From Candidatus Wolfebacteria bacterium RIFOXYB1_FULL_54_12 (GTDB lineage Bacteria; Patescibacteriota; Minisyncoccia; UBA6257; UBA9933), in the NCBI GenBank assembly GCA_001793895.1, contig MGIT01000001.1, forward strand, positions 106,508 through 170,507: a DNA stretch of 64,000 bases, given 5' to 3'. Both the position numbers and the translations under genes were made by a program. Positions within the stretch are counted from its first letter, which is position 1, and every line of letters starts with the position of its first letter. Below are positions 35,900 to 45,513 of this stretch, piece after piece. The notes under the pieces are model-generated. The model was given only the letters and a program-made list of their open reading frames with translations. It was not told where the DNA came from and did no database searches.

Positions 35900-36940
35900 T
35901 TACGCCGCCGTAGCGCGGCGCCCCGCGACCACAGCCGCACTAAGAACGCGAATGAATTTGTCGGAAAATACCAACAGTTCGCCCGCAAGGTTCTTGTCGC
36001 TTGCGTCGCGACGGAACGATGAGAGGGAAATCCACGTCCCCTTGTGTTCGTTCATCCACGCCAACGTGCCGGCGCCCTTGCCGATCTTGATGATCGTCAT
36101 CTCGCCACCCTTGCCGATCTTTTTCTGTTCGACAGCGACGAGCGCCGCTCCGGCGCGGAAGACCTTTCCCTTGACCTCCCGATGGGGGAGGTTGAGGACG
36201 TAGGTTCCGACAATGCCTTTCCGCATATTGCCAAGATCGGCCTCTCCACTTTGCAGGATGTGGTCGATCTCGGCCTGCTCGGCCTTGCCGTCGTTTTTCT
36301 TGACAGCGCCGATGAACTTGCGCAACTCCGCTTCGAGCGCGCGTTGCGGGGCACCGGTGTGGACCGACAGATATGCCTTCTTGGCATAGAACAAGGTCCC
36401 CGAGGGGTACTTGTTGTCGGCAACACGGAAAGCCTGCTTCTCGGCATCGGTCGGTTCGCGGAACCGTCCGATCTCCACGGCACGCGCCAGAAAAGCGAGC
36501 GCGTTTTCTGCGCTGGCCACGCCAGAGCGGATCTCTTCAATGAAGAGCGCGAACCGCAAAGACTTCTGCAGCTCTTCATCGCCCGCGCCGAGGATCTTTT
36601 CCTCCTCGGCCTTGAGCTTCTTAAGCTCGGCGACATCACTGGAAGTCAGCATGCCACCACGCTCCTTGACCAGATTGATCTGGAGCTGGCGGGCGCGGAT
36701 CATAATGATCTTCTGCGCCGCCTTTTGGGCATACGCGCTACGCCCGCGCGCTTCCTTGATCTGCTCCTCAATGTCGTCATCACTGACGACCGCCACCTGA
36801 ATGGCGTCGAGGTCGGGCAGAACGGGTTTTACTTTTTCCTTGCTCCTCTTTGCGAGGGCAAGTTCAAACTGCTGGGCAAGCGGGGCGGTAAGTTTCTTGG
36901 TGGGGCCTTGGGGATCGGTTGATGCGGTTGATGCGTTCAT
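35900..36940 (-). CDS. Hypothetical protein in a compositionally distinct GC-rich ORF
   Basis: 346 aa, charged and Ala/Lys/Glu-rich. Local GC is clearly higher than the flanking secD and exonuclease genes. A long antisense shadow ORF (36044..36922) is typical of high-GC DNA. Confidence 0.45.
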   Translation of the reverse strand: MNASTASTDPQGPTKKLTAPLAQQFELALAKRSKEKVKPVLPDLDAIQVAVVSDDDIEEQIKEARGRSAYAQKAAQKIIMIRARQLQINLVKERGGMLTSSDVAELKKLKAEEEKILGAGDEELQKSLRFALFIEEIRSGVASAENALAFLARAVEIGRFREPTDAEKQAFRVADNKYPSGTLFYAKKAYLSVHTGAPQRALEAELRKFIGAVKKNDGKAEQAEIDHILQSGEADLGNMRKGIVGTYVLNLPHREVKGKVFRAGAALVAVEQKKIGKGGEMTIIKIGKGAGTLAWMNEHKGTWISLSSFRRDASDKNLAGELLVFSDKFIRVLSAAVVAGRRATAA

Positions 36941-37115
36941 CGTTCTTCCTCCGTTGTTTTTCTTCCAAACTTCCTTGGTTTCTTCCTGTAAACAACATTC
37001 CGATAATTAGCACTCTCCGATAATTCACCTCCTTGGTATATGGTTTTGTAAACGAACTGCGTATATTTAAATTAAAGCATATTTGTGGCAATAAGTCAAT
37101 ACCGCCAAAAAACGC

Positions 37116-37658
37116 TTAGAATGGCCCAAAATTGAAGGTCGCCCGTTCCGGCTCGTCGCTCCCCCACTGCGGAACCAACAAATAGCCCTGCGCGCGGGCA
37201 AGCTCATATAGATCTTTTGTTATGCGCACATCGTGCAAACAATAATCGGCAAGCTCCTCCAGCCTGCCCTCGCGATACATCACCGGAGCCTCAAGGCTAT
37301 GGTGCGTTTTTTGCGTTCCCAAATTTATTTTTGCCAAAAGATCCAAGCTGATCCGTCTTCCTAATTGCATTTCAATGTCATCGAGCAGATCGATGCGCGG
37401 CACGCCGAACAGGTTGAACTTGCAGTGCTTATTCAATACGGGAATGTCGAATCGGGTAATACTGAACCCGATGATGCATTCGGCATCGCGTAACAGTTCA
37501 CTGCATTCGATCATGTGGTGCTCGTCGAACGAAATATATTTGTCTTGCGCGTAGGAAAAAAGACCCACCACGGAAACCTGCAGGTCGTTGAAATTATCCC
37601 GCCCCACCTCGGCGAGCGTATTTTTTGTCTCGATGTCGAAAACGATAAAGTCGCGCAT
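37116..37658 (-). CDS. DEDD-family 3'-5' exonuclease (DnaQ/RNase T-like)
   Basis: FDIETKN (Exo I). HHSLEAPVMY...CLHDVRITKDL (Exo III His/Asp). Start MRDFIVFDIET at 37658. Confidence 0.6.
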   Translation of the reverse strand: MRDFIVFDIETKNTLAEVGRDNFNDLQVSVVGLFSYAQDKYISFDEHHMIECSELLRDAECIIGFSITRFDIPVLNKHCKFNLFGVPRIDLLDDIEMQLGRRISLDLLAKINLGTQKTHHSLEAPVMYREGRLEELADYCLHDVRITKDLYELARAQGYLLVPQWGSDEPERATFNFGPF

Positions 37659-37669
37659 ACATAAAAATA

Positions 37670-37710
37670 ACCTATGACCCATAACCAACAACCCATAACA
37701 AAAGAAATCG
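37670..37710. repeat. (GGTTAT)-type tandem repeat, plus-strand reading ATAACC
   Basis: Sequence aaaataacctatgacccataaccaacaacccataacaaaag. Confidence 0.7.
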
Positions 37711-37739
37711 GGATGCAAGGGTGAAACAGAAAGCAAACA

Positions 37740-37850
37740 TATGTCATCCTGATCCGTCAGCCGACGGATTCAGGATCTCCCCGCAAAAACACGAGATTCC
37801 GGCTCCCCGTATCGTGGTACGGGGCAGGCTCCGGGCCAGAATGACAACAC
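37740..37850. repeat. Palindromic hairpin repeats
   Basis: Sequence gtcatcctgatccgtcagccgacggattcaggatc ... gattccggctccccgtatcgtggtacggggcaggctccgggccagaatgac. Confidence 0.75.
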
Positions 37851-37865
37851 ATAAGAGTCGATACC

Positions 37866-38825
37866 TTACTTAATACCCCTCTTAAGCACTGTTGTCAATT
37901 TTTTCAATTGCGCATCATAGGTGGCCTTGTCGCGCGCTTCCACATTTAACCGAACTAACGATTCGGTATTGGAAAGCCGCACGTTGAACCACCAATCGGG
38001 ATCGGCAAAGTCCATGGCAATGCCATCGATCTTCGATATAGCCTTTGCGTCTTTTTTATATGTCCGTTCTATGTGCGCAAACAATCCGGCGGGCGCAATG
38101 GAAGACGAAACAGGGACATTGATCTCCGGCGACCGATACGTTTCCGGCAAGAGGTCTACGAATTCCGACAGCGCATACGGCAATCGCGCAAGCGCGTTCA
38201 GCACCGCGACGGCCGCCATGATGCCCGAATCGCAATAAAAAAAGTTTTTAAAATAATAGTGCCCCGATCGCTCGCACCCGAATTCGGCGCCATTTTTCCG
38301 CATGGCGTGTTTCATGGCGTAATGCCCTGTCTTGCCCGCAATGCGTTTTGCGCCAAGCAGCGACTCGTCCCGAGTGAAATCGAGGGATTGCCGACGCACA
38401 AGCCATCCGTCTTTTGCATCGGTCACAAATCGATTCGGACGCAAGGACCACAGCAACAGATACGCCACGACATCCGGGTCCACAAAACGACCCTTGTCGT
38501 CGACGAAGAAAACACGGTCTCCATCCGCATCAAAGATGACACCTATATCGGCACCATTGGAAACAACGCTCTTTTGTAACGCGCGCAACGAACCGGCATG
38601 CAACGGATCCGGCGCATGATTCGGGAAGTTCCCATCAGGCTGACCATTCAAAATAGCCCATTCCCTTTTTTCCTTTTTCCTTTTTCCTTTTTCCCTGAGT
38701 GCCTCCATGATCGGCCCTGTAGCCCCGCTGGAACAATCAAAAACAACATCAAGCGTTTTTGCATCGTCGCGCAAAAACCCGTTCAAAAACGAAACATATT
38801 CATCGACAAAGGGTGAGGTATTCAT
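37866..38825 (-). CDS. Phosphoglucomutase/phosphomannomutase family protein lacking the N-terminal catalytic domain I. Domains II-IV only, so possibly a truncated gene or pseudogene
   Basis: Metal-binding loop FDADGDRVFFVDD. Sugar-binding and C-terminal domains present. No TASHNP-type active-site Ser domain. No upstream ORF supplies it. An in-frame (GGAAAAA)n at 38664-38696 encodes KGKRKKEKR. Confidence 0.55.
   Translation of the reverse strand: MNTSPFVDEYVSFLNGFLRDDAKTLDVVFDCSSGATGPIMEALREKGKRKKEKREWAILNGQPDGNFPNHAPDPLHAGSLRALQKSVVSNGADIGVIFDADGDRVFFVDDKGRFVDPDVVAYLLLWSLRPNRFVTDAKDGWLVRRQSLDFTRDESLLGAKRIAGKTGHYAMKHAMRKNGAEFGCERSGHYYFKNFFYCDSGIMAAVAVLNALARLPYALSEFVDLLPETYRSPEINVPVSSSIAPAGLFAHIERTYKKDAKAISKIDGIAMDFADPDWWFNVRLSNTESLVRLNVEARDKATYDAQLKKLTTVLKRGIK
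38664..38696. repeat. (TTTTTCC)n / (GGAAAAA)n microsatellite inside a coding region
   Basis: Sequence cccttttttcctttttcctttttcctttttccc. Confidence 0.85.
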
Positions 38826-38874
38826 GCTTAAATATTGACTAATCCAGGAAAGTAGCCTACGATTACTTATATCA

Positions 38875-39471
38875 CTACGAAAAAGACCCTTGCAAGGTTC
38901 CGTCCTTGCCGGGGGCTTTTTTATTTAGTTCTATTTTATGCCGCACATCATGGCAATACACGATCGGCGCATCCGTTCGCTTCAACAGGATCGAGCACTT
39001 CTCGACCTTGCTCGGAGAAATAACCACTTCTAACTTTTCTTTCGTCTGCAAAAATTTTACCAGCCCGGCGTAATCACCATCGCTCGTGACAAGGACTTGT
39101 TTGTCGCAATTATTCTCAAATGCATCTACTGACGATTGCAATACGAGATCGGCATCGCAATTTCCCTTAGCCTCGCCCGAGCCATTATAAACGACCTCCT
39201 TGAATATCAATGTAAAGCCTGCCTTTTGCAAAGCGGTATAAAGATCTTTTTGCTTGGGAACAAGCCCTATAAAATAATACGCACAAACAACGCCATACTT
39301 ATCCGAAAGCCACCTTCTTAAGCGATACATGTCAACGCTCCAGCCGTCATTGCCCGTTCCGCGATACAAATTATTCCCGTCAATATACGCAAAATTTTTC
39401 TTGTAGCGATTCATGCCATACTCAGTATACCAAAAATAAAACCAAAGCCCCATGTCAAACTCAAAAACCAA
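38875..39471 (-). CDS. NYN (LabA-like, PIN-related) domain protein
   Basis: AYIDGNNLY...CDADL...VLVTSDGDYAGLV are the conserved NYN-domain acidic residues. Alternative start MNRYKK at 39411. Confidence 0.65.
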   Translation of the reverse strand: MVFEFDMGLWFYFWYTEYGMNRYKKNFAYIDGNNLYRGTGNDGWSVDMYRLRRWLSDKYGVVCAYYFIGLVPKQKDLYTALQKAGFTLIFKEVVYNGSGEAKGNCDADLVLQSSVDAFENNCDKQVLVTSDGDYAGLVKFLQTKEKLEVVISPSKVEKCSILLKRTDAPIVYCHDVRHKIELNKKAPGKDGTLQGSFS

Positions 39472-39501
39472 TCGTAAAAAATAGCACCCCCACGCTCATC
39501 T

Positions 39502-39535
39502 GGTGTCCAAAATGACGATCGTCATTTTGGACACC
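39502..39535. promoter_or_regulatory. Perfect 15-bp inverted repeat with a 4-nt spacer (GGTGTCCAAAATGAC gatc GTCATTTTGGACACC). Terminator or operator.
   Basis: Exact palindrome between the stop of 39619..39957 and the start of the NYN gene. Confidence 0.5.
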
Positions 39536-39618
39536 AAATTGAATTGTAGGTCTCGATACTATGCAATAAAAAAAGCCACGGGATGTCCGTGGCTTTTGCG
39601 CAATGGAACGTCGACACC

Positions 39619-39957
39619 TTATTCATGCATGTCGGATAAAAACCCTTCTGAGTAATTAGCAGGCTTAGGCATCATTTTGGTCGCCTCCGCCATAAGCTCC
39701 TCGATCAACTGCCCAAGAAACAAATAGCACGCGTTCATATCGGTCCCGTCGGAAGGCATGGCGGTGCGAATCTCTGACAAATGACGCGCCGCGACGACAA
39801 GATATTCCGCCGACTGCCATTCCGACATGCGCAGCAGATTCCCAAGCTCGAAAAGTTCTTTTTCATGCGCCTGCGATACACGCACCCGCTGTGCCTTCGC
39901 TTTCATCAGCTTGATAACCCCGAGATACAACGGCAACTTCCCTTCGATTGTATGCAT
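39619..39957 (-). CDS. Hypothetical protein
   Basis: 112 aa. No motifs. Confidence 0.35.
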   Translation of the reverse strand: MHTIEGKLPLYLGVIKLMKAKAQRVRVSQAHEKELFELGNLLRMSEWQSAEYLVVAARHLSEIRTAMPSDGTDMNACYLFLGQLIEELMAEATKMMPKPANYSEGFLSDMHE

Positions 39958-40211
39958 ACCGGCTCCTCCTTTCTGCGCTAATGATGAATAATGGAATAGT
40001 ACTAAGCCCAGTAAAGCGCATAGTGGAAGAACTTGTCAAATCCCGTAACCTACAAAAAATCGGAACATCTGTCCCGATTTTTAACATTATACAACCCTCC
40101 TATATCTTATGAAGCGCCAAACGGGGACATGGTCCGGAAACCCAAACGGAAGCGCAGCGCGAAGCGCGTGAGCGGGTTGACGGGCATGTCCTCGTTTGGG
40201 CGCCCCCACAC

Positions 40212-41219
40212 TTAACGCTTATTCAACAGCGTCCGCTTGTACACATCCAAATGGGTCAATATAAGCCCAGCGCCTTTTGCCACACAGAACAGCGGCTCTT
40301 CGGCGACATAGGCATTCACGCCCAACATGCGCTTCAGGAAGTCGGCCAAATACGGGATTTGCGCTCCGCCACCGGAAATGATAATACCTTTTTCCATGAC
40401 ATCAGCGACCAGTTCGGGCGGCGTTTCATTGAACACGTTCTGTACTTCACTTGCAATGTCGAGCAGGTACGGATGGATCGCTTCTGCGACCTCGTTCGAT
40501 GTGACCATGATATCTTTCGGCAATCCGGTAATAAGGTCGCGCCCGCGCACTTCCATAGTGCGCTTGTCTTTGGTCGTCAATGCGGAACCGATCTGGATCT
40601 TGATCGCTTCGGATGTTTGCTGTCCTATGGAAAGCGAATATTTTTTCTTGATGTAGTCGACGATGGCCATATCGAACTTGTTTCCCGCCACGCGCAAGCT
40701 CGCCCATGACACGATGCCGCCCAGCGAAACAACCGCAGTTTCGGTAGTACCGCCGCCGATATTGATGATCATGTTGCCCGCATGGGAATTGATCGGAATG
40801 CCCGCGCCCAATGCGGCGAGCATCGGTTCACGCACGATATAGGCTTCGCGTGCGCCCGCTTCCTTTGCGGCATTGATCACCGCGCGGCGTTCCGTTTGCG
40901 TAATGCCGGCCGGGACGGAAATGACGATGTCCGGCTTAAACACGTTAAATGACCCGATGGCCTTGTTGATGAAATATTTCAACATCGCCTTGGTAATATA
41001 GTAGTCGGCGATGACACCATCACGTAACGGCTGATAGGCCACAATGTCGCTCGGCGTTCTGCCGATCATTTCCTTTGCCTCCCTGCCGACGGCAAGCACC
41101 GTATTGTCGGGCGCGCTCAACGCAACGATGGTCGGTTCGTTAATGACAAATCCCTTCCCTTCCACAAATACGATGGTATTTGCGGTTCCCAAATCGATTC
41201 CAATTTTTCGTGTAAACAT
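40212..41219 (-). CDS. mreB: Rod shape-determining protein MreB
   Basis: IGIDLGTANT. Actin-fold phosphate and adenosine motifs. 335 aa. Confidence 0.9.
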   Translation of the reverse strand: MFTRKIGIDLGTANTIVFVEGKGFVINEPTIVALSAPDNTVLAVGREAKEMIGRTPSDIVAYQPLRDGVIADYYITKAMLKYFINKAIGSFNVFKPDIVISVPAGITQTERRAVINAAKEAGAREAYIVREPMLAALGAGIPINSHAGNMIINIGGGTTETAVVSLGGIVSWASLRVAGNKFDMAIVDYIKKKYSLSIGQQTSEAIKIQIGSALTTKDKRTMEVRGRDLITGLPKDIMVTSNEVAEAIHPYLLDIASEVQNVFNETPPELVADVMEKGIIISGGGAQIPYLADFLKRMLGVNAYVAEEPLFCVAKGAGLILTHLDVYKRTLLNKR

Positions 41220-41354
41220 GCGATTATTTCTTAAAAACGGGCTGATGCATAACGCAAAATCACCCGCGATATACTTGGTTATACTACTCGATACTACCCT
41301 TTTTTCCCCGATTGCACAAATCGCTCCCTCCTGCGCAGAAATTAAAAACGATCG

Positions 41355-42653
41355 TCAATCAACCCGCCGTATATCCGCCCCGATAGCACGCAATCGGGTA
41401 TCAAGATCTTCGTATCCCCGATCGATCTCTTCAATCCCCTCGATAGTCGATTCACCTTCGGCAACCAATGCGGCGATCATGTGCGCCATGCCGGCACGCA
41501 AATCGCGCACCTTGAGCGTGATGCCGGTAAGCGGCGTAGGCCCGGAAACAATGGCGCTATGCGGATGTCCTTGCCCATTATAACGACACGGCAGTTCGCC
41601 TAAACATTTGGAGAAGACTGCGATGTTCGCCCCCATAGCCCTCAATTCTTCAGCATAGCCAAATCGATCCTCATAGACGGTCTCGTGTATGACGGACGTA
41701 CCCACTGCTTGCGTCAACAAAATCAAAAATGGCTGTTGCCAATCGGTCATGAATCCGGGGTGCGTATCGGTTTCCACTTCGCTTGCCACCAGTCCATCTT
41801 TACGGAAAAAGGTAATGCCGTCGTCTTCGATACGGTACTCCCCGCCGATCTTGCGGACCGCATTCAAAAATGTGATCAGATCTTTTTGCACGGCGTTCTT
41901 TACTGTTACCTCGTTGCCCGGAAACGCCAGCCCAAGACAGGCGAACGAAACCGCCTCGTTGCGGTCGGGAAGAATGCGATGGCGCGCGCCATGCATTTTT
42001 TTGACGCCTTCAATATAAATCGTACGGTCGGAACCAAGTCCGATGATCGCGCCCATTTTTTGCAAAAGCAAAATAATGTCCATGATCTCGGGCTCGACGG
42101 CCGCGTTATGAATGACCGTGCGCCCCTTCGCCAACACGGATGCCAGTATAATATTTTCCGTGGCACCGACACTCGGATAACGCAGCGTGATCGTCGCGCC
42201 TGTCAATCCGTTCGGAGCGCTGGCGTAGAAAAATTTGTCGTCATGCGTGATCTCGGCGCCGAGCTGCTTCAATCCGTCGAGATGAATGTCGACCGGCCGG
42301 GCGCCGATCTTGTCGCCGCCCAACACGGGAACCTCCGCCTTGCCGACGCGGTTCAACAGCGGCCCAAGCGCAAGGATCGGAATGCGATTTCTGCGGGTCA
42401 ATTGCGTTACCCGATGACTTTTTATATTCGGAGTGCACAGACGCGCAGTGGAGCCGTCAATGGTCACGGTTGCCCCGATATGCTCGCACAGCTCTTTTGT
42501 GATCTCCGTATCTCCTATCGACGGAAAGTTTTCCAGCACGCATTCTTCGTCGGTAAGAAGCGACGCGATCATCATTTTCGTCGTGGCATTTTTCGAACCT
42601 TTGACCTCGATAGTCCCCCGCAATGGCTTCCCTCCGTTGATAATAAACCGCAT
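41355..42653 (-). CDS. murA: UDP-N-acetylglucosamine 1-carboxyvinyltransferase MurA
   Basis: Start MRFIINGGKPLRGTIEVKGSKNA. EPSP-synthase fold. About 432 aa. Confidence 0.9.
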   Translation of the reverse strand: MRFIINGGKPLRGTIEVKGSKNATTKMMIASLLTDEECVLENFPSIGDTEITKELCEHIGATVTIDGSTARLCTPNIKSHRVTQLTRRNRIPILALGPLLNRVGKAEVPVLGGDKIGARPVDIHLDGLKQLGAEITHDDKFFYASAPNGLTGATITLRYPSVGATENIILASVLAKGRTVIHNAAVEPEIMDIILLLQKMGAIIGLGSDRTIYIEGVKKMHGARHRILPDRNEAVSFACLGLAFPGNEVTVKNAVQKDLITFLNAVRKIGGEYRIEDDGITFFRKDGLVASEVETDTHPGFMTDWQQPFLILLTQAVGTSVIHETVYEDRFGYAEELRAMGANIAVFSKCLGELPCRYNGQGHPHSAIVSGPTPLTGITLKVRDLRAGMAHMIAALVAEGESTIEGIEEIDRGYEDLDTRLRAIGADIRRVD

Positions 42654-42728
42654 GGATTGTTGCTTAATTAGTGTTTTTATACTATAACATATATATTGCA
42701 AACGCAAAAAATTGCACAATAAGACACC

Positions 42729-44015
42729 ATGCCCCATAAGACACGCTTAATCCTTTTCTATCTGTTCGTAGCCGCTTTTCTCATGGGAGGAACCGGGGTG
42801 CTCCTCTACTCATACGGATGGCGATTTTCCACCGAAACAAGGATGTTTCAAAAAATCGGTGCGATCTATATCAAAACGAATGTCCGCGATGCCGCCATTA
42901 CGATAAATGGAAAACCGTACAAGGATGCGTCGGGCATCCTGCAAAGCGGCACGCTCATATCAAATTTACTACCCAAAACATATCGGGTGGAAATTACAAA
43001 AGATGGTTACCATACCTACCGCAAAACCCTTACGGTAAAACCATCGCAGGTAGAGGAGCTGTTGAACGTCCAACTTATTCCAAAAACCCCTGAGTCGGCA
43101 TTCGTGGCGCCAACCAAAGGAACGCGCTTTATCGACGCAACCCGATCGGCGGATAAAATGATCCTGCAAGATGCCGCGACCGGAATCTATTATTTGTACG
43201 ATAAGGCAAACGCGTCCAGCACGCTCAACCTAAGCCTTGCCGCTGCCAATGCACAACGGGGACTAAAGATCAAAAAGGTCATGTTCGTTCCGTTCAAGCC
43301 GACCCAGTTCATCATCGAAGACGCAACCGGCCTCAAGTTGTTCGATTCCGAAAAAAAGACGGTCGAGGTCTTGCTCAAAGGATCGCTCGCCACATGGGGC
43401 ATGCAAGATTCGACGATCGTCGGAGTTGAGCTGGTTGGCACCGGCGCACGACCGCGCACGCAAAAGGCATTCACGCTCAATCTGATCTTCAAGTCAAAGG
43501 CCTTGCTCGATGAATTGAACGCGCGCATGGCAACCACGACCGTCATTACGGCACTGTCCACGACCGGAAGCGGATCAATGGCGTTTTCCGACACGGCATA
43601 TGCGTTGTCTCTATTCGACCCAAAAACAAAGACGATCCGACGCGTTTCAAGCAATGTAACCTCGTTTACATTCTCTCCGGATGGAAAAAAGTTGGCCTTT
43701 GTCGAAGCAACCGGCGAAGCAGGTGTGCTGTTCATCGAAGATTTCAATGGCGACATCCGCAAAAAGGCGGGCGAACTCATTCCTATTACACTGCCACAAG
43801 AAAAACCGGTACAAACCGTTCGCTGGCATAGGGATTCCTATCACCTGTTGATCGAATGGACCGGCGAACTTGCGATCACGGAATTAGACGACCGAAAACC
43901 CCTAAATACATTTCCCCTCATAAGCGGGTTCACCGACTATCGCTATATTGCTGAAAACGATTTTGTTTATTTCATCGACAATAAAGGTATCCATACAATA
44001 CGCATAGAGCGTTAA
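42729..44015 (+). CDS. Membrane-anchored PEGA-domain protein with a C-terminal beta-propeller-like domain
   Basis: N-terminal TM, then a PEGA-like segment (IYIKTNVRDAAITINGKPYKDASG...YRVEITKDGYHTYRKTLTV), then repetitive beta-rich sequence. Confidence 0.45.
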   Translation: MPHKTRLILFYLFVAAFLMGGTGVLLYSYGWRFSTETRMFQKIGAIYIKTNVRDAAITINGKPYKDASGILQSGTLISNLLPKTYRVEITKDGYHTYRKTLTVKPSQVEELLNVQLIPKTPESAFVAPTKGTRFIDATRSADKMILQDAATGIYYLYDKANASSTLNLSLAAANAQRGLKIKKVMFVPFKPTQFIIEDATGLKLFDSEKKTVEVLLKGSLATWGMQDSTIVGVELVGTGARPRTQKAFTLNLIFKSKALLDELNARMATTTVITALSTTGSGSMAFSDTAYALSLFDPKTKTIRRVSSNVTSFTFSPDGKKLAFVEATGEAGVLFIEDFNGDIRKKAGELIPITLPQEKPVQTVRWHRDSYHLLIEWTGELAITELDDRKPLNTFPLISGFTDYRYIAENDFVYFIDNKGIHTIRIER

Positions 44016-45317
44016 ATGCGTACGACAATCCGTCTTCACTGCGCAATAACGCCCACCCCCATCATGCAAACCATCCGAACAACGACCGGCATCCTTATCG
44101 CAGCCCCGCTTCTTTTTTGGGGTGGATGGAACATCGGCAAAGCGGTCTATCCGGAACCCGCACAACAACTGGCGGCACAGTCGCAAGTGGCGACACTTTC
44201 ACGCCGGCTGATCGCCATGTCGCAAGAAGAAACACAAAAGAACATTTGCGCAGAAACGCTGCAATTGGCAGACGAAGCCGACCGGCATTACTGTTTTGAA
44301 GCCCCAAAATTGACCGAACAAAAAGGAGCGCAGATCGATCTTACGACGCAAAAGATTATTTTGTTTGAAAACGGAAAGATCGTCGACATACTGCCCGTCG
44401 CCTATCAATCGCCGGAAAACGTATGGTTTCAAACGCCGACGGGTTACTTCCGCGTGGGGTTTATGAACGAAAAGCACCGGTCTTCATTGTTTCCGGTCAA
44501 TATGCCCTATGCGATCCAGATAACCGAAGACTTTTTCATGCATGAGATCCCATTTTATGACGATGGCACAAAAGTGACATCGAAGTTCAGCGGCGGATGC
44601 CTGCGCTTCGAAACGGATATCGCAAAACGCTTGTTCGCTTTTTTGGATCGCGGCGACCAGCTTGTCATTTATAAGACCTTCGGAGACCGAACGATCAAAC
44701 CGACCTTACATGCGCCTGTAGCCATGGATCAATTCTGGATTCGTCAGCGGTTCTATAGCCCATTGCGATCCTTGTGGAATTACTCGGGTAACCTCGACAA
44801 ACTCATGCTCGATTACGATGAACACGCGGGCGTAGACCTTGCTCCGAACCGCGATGCGACGAACCTTAGCGCATATGCGATAACTGACGGAACGGTCATG
44901 CGAGTACAACCGAACGATGGAACGGATCATGGCATGGGAGCAACGGTCATCGTCGAACACACTATTGACGGGAAAACGCTTTACGGCGTCTATGCGCATC
45001 TTGCCTCGATAGCCGCATCGATCACGGAAGGCTGCACGGTACACGCCGGCGACACACTCGGAACGGTCGGTAACAGCGCCTATGACTGCCAAAACAACTG
45101 GAAAGTCGGTACCGATGGATGCGACAGCACCAACCCTGATGACATTCATTTGCATTTTGAATTGAAGACGAAGCCGGTATTGGAAAATCCCGAAGGCGAC
45201 GAAGCATGCAAACTGAAGACGACAGGCGAACCGCACGCGTGTTATGGCTACACGCCGGGCGATCCGCGCGATTACGGCTACCTCGATCCGATCAAGGAGC
45301 TATTCGATAAACAATGA
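44016..45317 (+). CDS. L,D-transpeptidase (YkuD) fused to an M23 (LytM) peptidase
   Basis: YkuD motif HEIPFYDDGTKVTSKFSGGCLRF. M23 motifs HAGVDLA...DHGMGATVIVEH...HLHFEL. Confidence 0.65.
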   Translation: MRTTIRLHCAITPTPIMQTIRTTTGILIAAPLLFWGGWNIGKAVYPEPAQQLAAQSQVATLSRRLIAMSQEETQKNICAETLQLADEADRHYCFEAPKLTEQKGAQIDLTTQKIILFENGKIVDILPVAYQSPENVWFQTPTGYFRVGFMNEKHRSSLFPVNMPYAIQITEDFFMHEIPFYDDGTKVTSKFSGGCLRFETDIAKRLFAFLDRGDQLVIYKTFGDRTIKPTLHAPVAMDQFWIRQRFYSPLRSLWNYSGNLDKLMLDYDEHAGVDLAPNRDATNLSAYAITDGTVMRVQPNDGTDHGMGATVIVEHTIDGKTLYGVYAHLASIAASITEGCTVHAGDTLGTVGNSAYDCQNNWKVGTDGCDSTNPDDIHLHFELKTKPVLENPEGDEACKLKTTGEPHACYGYTPGDPRDYGYLDPIKELFDKQ

Positions 45318-45319
45318 GT

Positions 45320-45505
45320 TTCAATTTGTCATTCCGAGCCTGCTGTCATCCTGAACTCGTTTCAGGATCTCGCGTACAAACAGTGAGCTTCTGAAATAAA
45401 TTCAGAATGACACTTTAAAAAATATTGTCATTCCCGTCCGCCCACCAGCAGAGGAATCCAGTACCCCGCATTGTCATTCCCGCGAAAGCGGGAATCTAGT
45501 ACACT
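45320..45505. repeat. Cluster of palindromic hairpin repeats, including an exact GTCATCCTGAACTCGTTTCAGGATC unit
   Basis: The same 25-mer also occurs at 563-587 and 47833-47857. Confidence 0.8.
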
Positions 45506-45513
45506 AAAAAAGG

